Shown: one piece after another, positions 16,572 to 24,583 of the stretch
Numbering within the stretch: the first letter of the stretch is position 1
Layout: each line of letters begins with the position of its first letter
Assembly: GCA_035363255.1 (NCBI GenBank)
Contig: DAOSES010000007.1
Coordinates: forward strand, 2,723 to 66,722
DNA: 64,000 nt
Source of the DNA: Caldisericia bacterium
GTDB lineage: Bacteria > Caldisericota > Caldisericia > UBA6126
Reading direction: 5' to 3'
Translations under genes and position numbers: made by a program
The notes under the pieces: model-generated
The model's database searches: none
What the model was told of the DNA's origin: nothing
Seen by the model: only the letters and a program-made list of their open reading frames with translations

Positions 16572-17489
16572 TTAAATCACCCCCAATAAAGTAGCTATCA
16601 GAGCCATACGCACTGGAACTCCATTATAGGCTTGTTTGAAATATAGAGCTCGGGGATCTTTGTCGACATCTCGAGCTATTTCATTGACTCTGGGTAAAGG
16701 ATGAAGCACGATGGCATCCTTTTTGGCTGATCTAAGCATTTCTTCTGAAACCACGTAGGCATCACGATATTTCAGGTATTCCATTTCACCCAAACGCTCC
16801 CGTTGAACACGAGTGACGTAAATCACGTCCACATCATTGATAAAATCTCGAATGTTGTTTGCTACTTTGGGAACTACTTGAAACTCGGAGCTTAATGTAC
16901 GCATGATATAGTCTGGCATTTCCAGTCCTGGAGGAGAAGCAAAACACATTTTAACTCCGAACCTTGCGAGAGAAATAGCCAGAGAATGAGTGGTACGACC
17001 AAACTTTAAATCGCCCGAGATGAGCACGCTCAGATTAGCAAAAGATCCTTTTTCTTTGAGAATGGTATAAAGATCGAGTAGGGTCTGGGTAGGATGTTGG
17101 TGCCCTCCATCTCCCCCATTGATGATAGGGACATTGGAAAACTGAGAAGCTACTCGCGCTGATCCCTCATTGGGATGACGGATAGCAATTACGTCAGAAT
17201 AACTTGCTACCGTTCGGATAGTGTCAGCCAGGGATTCTCCTTTTGAAACTGAACTGCCTTCAGTGCTTGAAAAACCAAGAACTGAGCCTCCGAGACGAAA
17301 CATGGCTGATTCAAAGGATAGTCTTGTGCGGGTGGAGGCCTCGTAAAACAAAGTTGCCAGAATTTTACCTTTGCACAAATCGAGTTTTTGTTTGTTTTGG
17401 ATGGCGTGATTCATTTCGTCGGCAGCAACAAAGAGCTTCATGATTTCTTCGTTGGACAGATCTTTAATGTTTACCAGATCTTTTTTCAT
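16572..17489 (-). CDS. pyrB: aspartate carbamoyltransferase catalytic subunit
   Basis: EASTRTRLSFE, GGHQHPTQTLLD and HPLPRVNEI motifs. Confidence 0.95.
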   Translation of the reverse strand: MKKDLVNIKDLSNEEIMKLFVAADEMNHAIQNKQKLDLCKGKILATLFYEASTRTRLSFESAMFRLGGSVLGFSSTEGSSVSKGESLADTIRTVASYSDVIAIRHPNEGSARVASQFSNVPIINGGDGGHQHPTQTLLDLYTILKEKGSFANLSVLISGDLKFGRTTHSLAISLARFGVKMCFASPPGLEMPDYIMRTLSSEFQVVPKVANNIRDFINDVDVIYVTRVQRERLGEMEYLKYRDAYVVSEEMLRSAKKDAIVLHPLPRVNEIARDVDKDPRALYFKQAYNGVPVRMALIATLLGVI

Positions 17490-17631
17490 ACTTCTCCCCT
17501 TTTTTAAGGATTGCTCATTTAGCTTTTTTTTTACATACCTATTATATTTATATATTGGAAATATTTTATAGGATTTTTGAATTCCATTCAGATTTTGAAT
17601 ATAGTTTTAGCATAGAAGATGGAGGTTGCTT

Positions 17632-18042
17632 ATGAAAATCAATGGCTTTGAGTATCGCGAAGGTAGATTTTACACCAAGAAACATCTATGGGTTTTGGTA
17701 AAAGGCAAACAGGCCCGAATTGGTTTGGATGCTTTTTTTATCTCCCATTTAGGAGACATCTCCGATATTGAGCTTAGCTATATTGACAATGAATGTGAAA
17801 AAGACGATGCTATTGCCACCATCTATTCTGATGCAGACAATCTGGATATCCTGCCTCCATTTCCTGGAAAAATAATCAACGTCAACGAAGAGCTGGAAGA
17901 TGATCCCAGTCCTCTTATGGAAGATCCATATGGCAAAGGATGGTTAGTGGACATGATCATCAGCGACGAAGCAGATTTGGAACAGCTATTTAAAGGAGAT
18001 GAAGCAGAAAGTTGGTATCGAACTGAAACTGAAAAAGACTAA
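17632..18042 (+). CDS. glycine-cleavage H-like protein lacking the lipoyl-lysine
   Basis: GcvH-like pattern (HLWV...ARIGLDAFF...GKIINVNEEL...DPYGKGWL). GGAGG lies 9 nt upstream of ATG 17632. The ESVK lipoylation motif aligns to YSDA. Confidence 0.7.
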   Translation: MKINGFEYREGRFYTKKHLWVLVKGKQARIGLDAFFISHLGDISDIELSYIDNECEKDDAIATIYSDADNLDILPPFPGKIINVNEELEDDPSPLMEDPYGKGWLVDMIISDEADLEQLFKGDEAESWYRTETEKD

Positions 18043-18051
18043 GCCATTTTC

Positions 18052-20703
18052 ATGAAAAAGAACGAGAAAATCAAACCAAAAGCTATTGCCATATCTCACT
18101 CTTATGCTGATTTCGATGCCATAGCTTCCACTATCGCAGTTTCCAAGCTTTATCCAGATATGCTTCCTGTGTTGAACTATTCATGTGAAGAAGAAGTTCA
18201 ACGATTTTTATCCATATACAAAGACTATCTTAGATTGACTCCTATCAACAACGTATCCTTCGAGGCGGTTGAGTTAGTGGTGATTACAGATTTTCAAGAC
18301 ATCTCAAGGATCAAACCCCTAATAGCCGAAATGAAGAAACGCAAAATCACGATCAAGATCTATGATCATCATCCTACTGAAGCCCATATCAAAGGAACTC
18401 ATCGATACCTTAAAAGCTATGGGAGTACTATGACCATTCTTTATGAAAAACTTAAACATCGCAAAATAGCATTTTCTGCTATTGAAGCCACCTTGTTTCT
18501 GATAGGTATCTATGAAGATACAGGATCTCTGAGTTTTACCTCCACCACAGTCAGGGACATGGAAGCTGCTGCGTTCTTTTTAAAAAATGGTGCAAAACTA
18601 AACGTTATATCGGATTTCGTATTCCCTCCCATTTCTGAATCACAAAAATCCCTTTATACTCAACTATTCGCTGCACTTCACATTCTTGAAATTAAAGGAG
18701 TTCAAATTGGAATCTGTGCAGTAGAATCAAAAAAGTATGTCGAAGGGGTTTCATTTCTTGCTCATCGAATTCTAGAGGCTACTGCAGTGGACGCTCTTTT
18801 TGTATTGGTAAAGTTTAAACAGGATTTATTGATCGTAGGAAGATCAACCGATGAGAAAATACTCCATATACACCGCATTATGGAGTATTATGGGGGCGGA
18901 GGCCATACTCAGGCAGGATCGGCCTTCATAAAAGACAAACACATGGATCTCAACCTGCTTGCTATCAATGTCCTAAGAAAGATAAAAAAGCATATTCGCA
19001 TGAGTCGTCAGGTAAAAGACTTCATGAGCAGTCCTGTTAAAGTGGTCAGTTCTGACACCTCAGCAGAAGAAACATTGAAAATTATGCTTCGATATGGACA
19101 TTCTGGCCTTCCGGTGGTAGATGGAGAAAGAGTCATAGGAATCATATCACGTAAAGACATAGAACGAATGAACGAAGAAAAGCTTCGTATGCGTCCAGTG
19201 AAGTTTTACATGTCTCGTACCCCAGTGGTGATTAGCCCTGAAAGCTCTCTCAAAGAAGCTGAAAACCTTATGGTGGATCGTGATATTGGGCGCCTTCCTG
19301 TGATATCGGAGGGTAAAATCATGGGAATTCTTACCCGATCTGACTTACTACGAGCCTTGTATGGCATACACAAAAACCAGGGCCGAAGAAATCATAGATC
19401 TGAAGAACCCCCTGATCCAGTGGAGATAAAGTTGTTGATGGAAGCATTCATTTCTCAACAATGTCTTAATGTGATTCAGACTATTGCAAAGATAGCAGAT
19501 CAATTGATCTTGCCTTTATACATAGTGGGAGGTTGTGTGCGAGATTTGTTGTTAGGTCTTCCCGCAAAAGATATTGATTTATTAGTGGATGGAAATGCTC
19601 TGGACATCGCTCAACAATATAAAAAACGTTATCCAGAAAGCAAAGTAATCTGCAATGCCAAATTTAACACAGCAAAAATAATCATCAAAGATGATCTTTC
19701 ATTTGACCTGACCAGCGCAAGAACAGAGTATTATGAACACCCTGCAGACCTACCCAAAGTGAGTTCTGGCTCCCTTAGAGAAGATCTATACCGTAGAGAT
19801 TTTACCATCAATACTCTGTCAATTTGTCTCAATCAGGAGCGCTATGGGCAACTCATCAACGATTATCACGGCTACGAAGACTTGAAGGCAAAAAAGATCA
19901 GAGTCCTTCACAATCTAAGCTTTATTGAGGACCCATCACGAATTTTCCGAGCCATTAGCTACCTACTAAAGTTTAAATTTTCGTGGGAAAGTAAAACCAA
20001 AGAACTTGCATTGAATGCCATGAAATCAGGTATTTTTGAGCGCACTTCACGTTTTCGAATATTAAATGAGTTTATCAGCATGTTGAAAGAGCCGATTTCA
20101 ATATCCAAAGCCCTTAGCAAACTAAATGATATTGAGGCTATTCCCATGCTCTCATCCAACATAGTGATCAACAAAAATATGCTCCAAACCATTTTTAAAG
20201 CAGAGAAACTTACTCCTTTTCTCGCCGAGGAAGATCGGTGGATATTATACCTTCTTCTGCTGACCTTATCGATCAGCAACGATGAACTTGAGGACATCAT
20301 GGAGCGTTTGAAGTTAAACAAAAAAAAGAAAAGCTGGATTTACCATTTCAGGAAGCATTATCAGGCTACACTGGAACAATTGAACGGAATGCCCTTGGAA
20401 AAAGCTTCAATCCTGGTAGATTTACTGGAAACTTATCGAAGCGAGGAATTGGCAGCCCTGGCAAGTATTTGTAATAATTCTCAAAGAAAAGCTATCGAAC
20501 ATTACTTTTTCAAGTTACGTTTGATCAAGCTTGAGGCTTCGGGGGAGCAGATCAAGAAGTGGACAGAACTTGAAGGAAAAGAACTTGGACAGGTGCTAAG
20601 GCAACTAAAGATCATGAAAATCGATGGACAACTGGAAACTTTGGAAGAAGAAAAAAACATGGCTATATTGCTTTCTCAAGGAGTTACTCATGAAAATACC
20701 TAA
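18052..20703 (+). CDS. DHH/DHHA1 - CBS pair - poly(A) polymerase/CCA-adding nucleotidyltransferase fusion protein
   Basis: DHH motifs (DFDAIAS, YDHHPT, GGGGHTQAGS), two CBS units, then GGCVRDLLLGLPAKDIDLLV and RRDFTINTL of the class II nucleotidyltransferase head. Confidence 0.85.
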   Translation: MKKNEKIKPKAIAISHSYADFDAIASTIAVSKLYPDMLPVLNYSCEEEVQRFLSIYKDYLRLTPINNVSFEAVELVVITDFQDISRIKPLIAEMKKRKITIKIYDHHPTEAHIKGTHRYLKSYGSTMTILYEKLKHRKIAFSAIEATLFLIGIYEDTGSLSFTSTTVRDMEAAAFFLKNGAKLNVISDFVFPPISESQKSLYTQLFAALHILEIKGVQIGICAVESKKYVEGVSFLAHRILEATAVDALFVLVKFKQDLLIVGRSTDEKILHIHRIMEYYGGGGHTQAGSAFIKDKHMDLNLLAINVLRKIKKHIRMSRQVKDFMSSPVKVVSSDTSAEETLKIMLRYGHSGLPVVDGERVIGIISRKDIERMNEEKLRMRPVKFYMSRTPVVISPESSLKEAENLMVDRDIGRLPVISEGKIMGILTRSDLLRALYGIHKNQGRRNHRSEEPPDPVEIKLLMEAFISQQCLNVIQTIAKIADQLILPLYIVGGCVRDLLLGLPAKDIDLLVDGNALDIAQQYKKRYPESKVICNAKFNTAKIIIKDDLSFDLTSARTEYYEHPADLPKVSSGSLREDLYRRDFTINTLSICLNQERYGQLINDYHGYEDLKAKKIRVLHNLSFIEDPSRIFRAISYLLKFKFSWESKTKELALNAMKSGIFERTSRFRILNEFISMLKEPISISKALSKLNDIEAIPMLSSNIVINKNMLQTIFKAEKLTPFLAEEDRWILYLLLLTLSISNDELEDIMERLKLNKKKKSWIYHFRKHYQATLEQLNGMPLEKASILVDLLETYRSEELAALASICNNSQRKAIEHYFFKLRLIKLEASGEQIKKWTELEGKELGQVLRQLKIMKIDGQLETLEEEKNMAILLSQGVTHENT

Positions 20704-21367
20704 ATTATCTTATGATCAAATTATCTTTTTTCTTGCTTTCACTGGACTTGTTTACTTTAAAAACATCAATGAAGCTCAAACCAATACTTCAGATTGGTTG
20801 ACTGGCATCCTGGTAACTATCTTTTGTGCATTGATCGCTTTACATCTAAGATCCAATACTCAGCTCTATGTAGCTCATCTATTGGGAGATATCAACATCA
20901 AGATCCAAAAGCAACTCAAACTTTTTTCATTTGATTTTATCGATTGGATAGGATTAATCCCACTGATCGGTCTTCAGATGGGCTGGGGAAGACCCATCAA
21001 CTCAGACAAAGCGATGAAAGGATCAAAACGACTCAACCGATGCATCATCCTGCTCTCAGGTTCGATTATTAATCTGTTGTTAGCCATACTGCTAAAGCTA
21101 TGTGTTAGCCCCTTGGAAGCTATATCATTAAACCTTGCAGCCATTACTGAGCTCTGGTCGAGAGTTCACCTTCATTTTGGACTCATCAATTTGCTTCCCT
21201 TGCCCCCCTTTGACGGATGGTATGTAGTGGGCGCTTTGTTCAAACGAAATATGAAACAAAATGACAATCGTAATTATGGCCTCATACTTTCATTGATCCT
21301 TTTCTATTTTGATATCATTCAAGATCTGATATTGGCAGTAAGTAGTCAGATCATGAGTTTATTCTAA
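20690..21367 (+). CDS. M50 (site-2 protease)-like membrane protein with a degenerate active site
   Basis: NLLPLPPFDGW motif and polytopic layout as in small M50B proteins. No HExxH; the aligned region reads HLRSNTQLYVAHLLGD. AAGGAG lies upstream of ATG 20690. Confidence 0.55.
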   Translation: MKIPKLSYDQIIFFLAFTGLVYFKNINEAQTNTSDWLTGILVTIFCALIALHLRSNTQLYVAHLLGDINIKIQKQLKLFSFDFIDWIGLIPLIGLQMGWGRPINSDKAMKGSKRLNRCIILLSGSIINLLLAILLKLCVSPLEAISLNLAAITELWSRVHLHFGLINLLPLPPFDGWYVVGALFKRNMKQNDNRNYGLILSLILFYFDIIQDLILAVSSQIMSLF

Positions 21368-24043
21368 TTTTTGGCCATACTCTTTCATGAGGATGCTGCT
21401 ATCTTCCTCATTGATCCAGCGATCTTGGTTGATATCACAAAGAAGGTGTAAAGAATTGGTGGAATCGACTCGTTGACCAAGATATCTTGAAATCAATCTT
21501 AGATCAAAGAAATCAACCTTGGCATCCTGATTTAGATCTCCGAGTAAAAATGAACGCCGACTCAGGGTCATTTCTGGAAGCGAGGGATAAACTCGTATAA
21601 GCTGTTTAGCTTTGTCTTTGATTGAGCATCTTGCGGTCCAGGAGACGCTTCCAAGACCTTTGGTGGCAAAACGCAACTTAGCCAACTGGTATCGCTGATT
21701 CTTCATTCCTTCATTCCATTTGCCTTCCCATTCGAGCTTCATCGATGTCTTGCGAATCACAGGTTTTTTGGCTTCCATCGGAAATTCAGCCAACTCAACT
21801 TCAAGATCGAGCATTTTACGATCGTCAATGTTCAGATATATTTCGAGTTGTTCTATTTCCTGCTCAAAAAAGTCCCAGTAAAGGGTAAGTTCAGCCTTAT
21901 CTCCAGACATAAGCAACTTCGGAGAAGCCAAAACAGGTTCTGAATAGACTTTGGAGTTTTCGTCAGAGAAAACAAACCTGGATGAAAAAGCTTCATCTCC
22001 TTGTTTGGCAGAGGATTCGAAACGTAGCATATATTCCCCGTTTGGTATATGCTCACCACTTTCCAAAGAACCATTCCATGAAAAACTATAGTATCCTGCG
22101 GGAACAGTGTTTAGCTCAAAAACGGGCTTACGACTCCAATCCAAACCATATTTATCACAAAGATAGACTTTCACAGTTCCGTAATTTGAATTTGAAGTTT
22201 GATCTTCAAATGTTTGCTCGCTCCCAGTATTTAAGGAAAACACCACATGCATGGATTCTGGAGATACTTGGGCTTCTTTAAGCATATGCAGTTTTGACAT
22301 TTGAATGTCTGAAACTCCCTTTTGAATTGCTAAGCTATTCTCTTTTTCCACGCTTTCTCGGTACAGTAGAAAGGGTAAATGCAGACTACCTATACGAATT
22401 AAGCCCTCATAGCGAGTTCTAATAAAGGTATTGTTTAAGGCTTCCCTTGGTTTAATGCTTATTTTAAGTGAGGATGTCTGAGCCTTTTTTATCATAATGC
22501 TGGAGGAGTCCAATTCTATAGCAAAAGGAAGCTCTTCACCTTGTTCGGTAAAAATTTCGACCTGTGCTGTATAAGTTGCATCAGTGTTTCCTTTGATGCT
22601 GATTGTTTTTTGGTAACCACTCTCCCAGTTTTCTATAACTAAAGCTCTTGGCTCTAAGAATGCTGGAGTTTTAAGTGCTTTGACAATATTGGCTTGACCT
22701 GCACCCTGAAGAGTGTAGGTGACGGGAAGCTTGTTGGCGGGATTGATAATCAGGTCAGCAGTGTTCATCAAGGATGATTTGATCTGATCCCCTGTCCACT
22801 CAGGTCTGACTTCTTTTATTAGAGCTACAATTCCTGTTATTACGGGTGATGCCATGGAAGTGCCACTCATCCCAGCATATGATCCATATTTTCGTGGAAG
22901 GGTTGAATGTATATCAACGCCTGGTGCAGATATTTCTGGTTTAAAGCAAGCATCAGGGGTGATACCCATGGAAGTGAATGAAGAGATCTTTGGGGTGTTT
23001 CCATCGCGATCATTGGATGCAGCCACTGAAAAAGCATCTTCAGTGATGGCGGGGGCTCCAGCTACCCAGGGCATATTTTTGCTTCTTGAGCCTGAGTTTC
23101 CAATCGCGGCCACTACAAATACTCCTGCATTTGAAGCATTTTTTACTGAACGATGCATCAAGGTGTCCCCTTTGGCAACAAAACCGTTCCCCACATGGCC
23201 CAGAGATAAGTTGATCACCTGGCATTTATCTTTTACCGATTGATCGATAGCTTTGTATATGTTTTCTGAAGGTATCCCTGGTTGTCTGCTTGAATTTACT
23301 TTATAAACCATTAAATCAGCATCAAAGGCCATCCCTTTGGAATTATTGTTTTGACCCAGACCTGCGGCTATTCCTGCCACATGTGTGCCATGGAAATTGG
23401 CATCAATGCCATAATTGCCTTCGCCAGAAAAATCAAGTCCTCCCTTGATTTTGTCTTTAAATTCAGGATGTTGAGCATCTATACCGGAATCAATGATTCC
23501 TACCAAAATCTTTTTTCCGCTGGCTTTTGTATCGTCATTGGCAGTCCAAATTTTGGTGACACCAGTAGATTCAGAAGCCTGTCGTCGAAAACTGCTAAAC
23601 TCGAGTCGAATATCATTTACATAGTAAACAGAGGGATGCAGAGCGATAGATGTCAAATCTTTGCCAGGAACGCGAATAGCAAAACCATGAATAACTTCAG
23701 AAAAATCATTACTGAATTCAATAGTTGGATTTTTTCTTTGTAGATGTTTGAATAGTGCTTGCTGTTTTTTGCCAAGTTGTTCACGATACAATTGAGCAAG
23801 GTTTTCTTCTTGTTCAAGGCTCAAATCGAGTCCAAGTTTTTTTTGTTGAGTCTGGTAACGAAGAATATATTTAGATACGGGATCATCCCTTAGCTCAACA
23901 ATCACAGGCACTTTAAGAGATGAGGTGCTTAGCTCCTGTACCAGTGCCTGGTCTATTTTTTGAATATTACTTTCTATTGTCCACGCTGGATGCGTAAAAA
24001 AGACAAAAAGCAAGGAAAGCAATATTGATATGATTTTTTTCAT
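21359..24043 (-). CDS. secreted subtilisin-like (S8) serine protease with a C-terminal cohesin-like module and dockerin
   Basis: Signal peptide MKKIISILLSLLFVFF. Catalytic motifs IIDSGID, HGTHVAGIAAG and GTSMASPVITG. The C-terminus has two DxNxD calcium-loop repeats. Confidence 0.9.
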   Translation of the reverse strand: MKKIISILLSLLFVFFTHPAWTIESNIQKIDQALVQELSTSSLKVPVIVELRDDPVSKYILRYQTQQKKLGLDLSLEQEENLAQLYREQLGKKQQALFKHLQRKNPTIEFSNDFSEVIHGFAIRVPGKDLTSIALHPSVYYVNDIRLEFSSFRRQASESTGVTKIWTANDDTKASGKKILVGIIDSGIDAQHPEFKDKIKGGLDFSGEGNYGIDANFHGTHVAGIAAGLGQNNNSKGMAFDADLMVYKVNSSRQPGIPSENIYKAIDQSVKDKCQVINLSLGHVGNGFVAKGDTLMHRSVKNASNAGVFVVAAIGNSGSRSKNMPWVAGAPAITEDAFSVAASNDRDGNTPKISSFTSMGITPDACFKPEISAPGVDIHSTLPRKYGSYAGMSGTSMASPVITGIVALIKEVRPEWTGDQIKSSLMNTADLIINPANKLPVTYTLQGAGQANIVKALKTPAFLEPRALVIENWESGYQKTISIKGNTDATYTAQVEIFTEQGEELPFAIELDSSSIMIKKAQTSSLKISIKPREALNNTFIRTRYEGLIRIGSLHLPFLLYRESVEKENSLAIQKGVSDIQMSKLHMLKEAQVSPESMHVVFSLNTGSEQTFEDQTSNSNYGTVKVYLCDKYGLDWSRKPVFELNTVPAGYYSFSWNGSLESGEHIPNGEYMLRFESSAKQGDEAFSSRFVFSDENSKVYSEPVLASPKLLMSGDKAELTLYWDFFEQEIEQLEIYLNIDDRKMLDLEVELAEFPMEAKKPVIRKTSMKLEWEGKWNEGMKNQRYQLAKLRFATKGLGSVSWTARCSIKDKAKQLIRVYPSLPEMTLSRRSFLLGDLNQDAKVDFFDLRLISRYLGQRVDSTNSLHLLCDINQDRWINEEDSSILMKEYGQKLE
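21362..21547 (-). other. dockerin-like module (two EF-hand-like repeats)
   Basis: GDLNQDAKVDFFDLRLISRYL ... CDINQDRWINEEDSSILMKEY. Confidence 0.7.
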
Positions 24044-24074
24044 AGTGAAAGATCCTCCCGTATACTGCAGTATG

Positions 24075-24557
24075 TTAAAGTTTATATCCGATATCCCTTA
24101 GAAAAGATTTTCGTTGTTTTTTTTGGTCTTCATTTTCAATGCCCTGGGGTGAAAAGCCATCAATAACCCCAAGGATGCCTTTGCCTTGATCGCTTTGTGC
24201 TATTATGACCTGTAGCGGATTGGCAGTGGCACAATAGATACGACAAACTTCAGGTATCGCCTTGATAGCATTGAGCACCTGGATGGGAAAAGCTTTATCA
24301 AGGAATATGATAAAGCTGTGCCCCGCGGATAATAGTTGAGCGTTTTCCTCTGCAAGATCGATTAATTCCTGCTTGTTTCCAGAAGATCGTATAAGGCATG
24401 GTCCAGAGGCTTCACAAAAACTCAAACCAAACTCAATCCCGCTGGAGGATTGCACCAAAGCTTCGTGCAAATCCTCGACGGTTTTAATAAAATGAGCTTG
24501 TCCAAGAATTAGATTGTATGCATTGGGATTGTGGATAGGTATTAGCTCAAATTTCAT
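24075..24557 (-). CDS. adenosine-specific kinase-like small protein (COG1839-type)
   Basis: LILGQAHFIKTVEDLHEAL...FCEASGPCLIRSSGN...AGHSFIIFL...CATANP...GILGVIDG pattern recalled for this family. The family assignment is from memory only. Confidence 0.6.
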   Translation of the reverse strand: MKFELIPIHNPNAYNLILGQAHFIKTVEDLHEALVQSSSGIEFGLSFCEASGPCLIRSSGNKQELIDLAEENAQLLSAGHSFIIFLDKAFPIQVLNAIKAIPEVCRIYCATANPLQVIIAQSDQGKGILGVIDGFSPQGIENEDQKKQRKSFLRDIGYKL

Positions 24558-24583
24558 GTGTCCCCCCTGGCGTAAATGTCATA

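Noticed and set aside
17490-17631. Possible PyrR-type attenuator upstream of pyrB.
   Set aside because: I could not find the PyrR binding-loop consensus or terminator/antiterminator hairpins. The region looks like an AT-rich divergent promoter region with a T9 run.
22854-23743. Plus-strand ORFs 22854-23243 and 23351-23743 antisense to the S8 protease gene.
   Set aside because: The catalytic-motif-bearing minus-strand frame explains the region. The antisense translations carry no signal.
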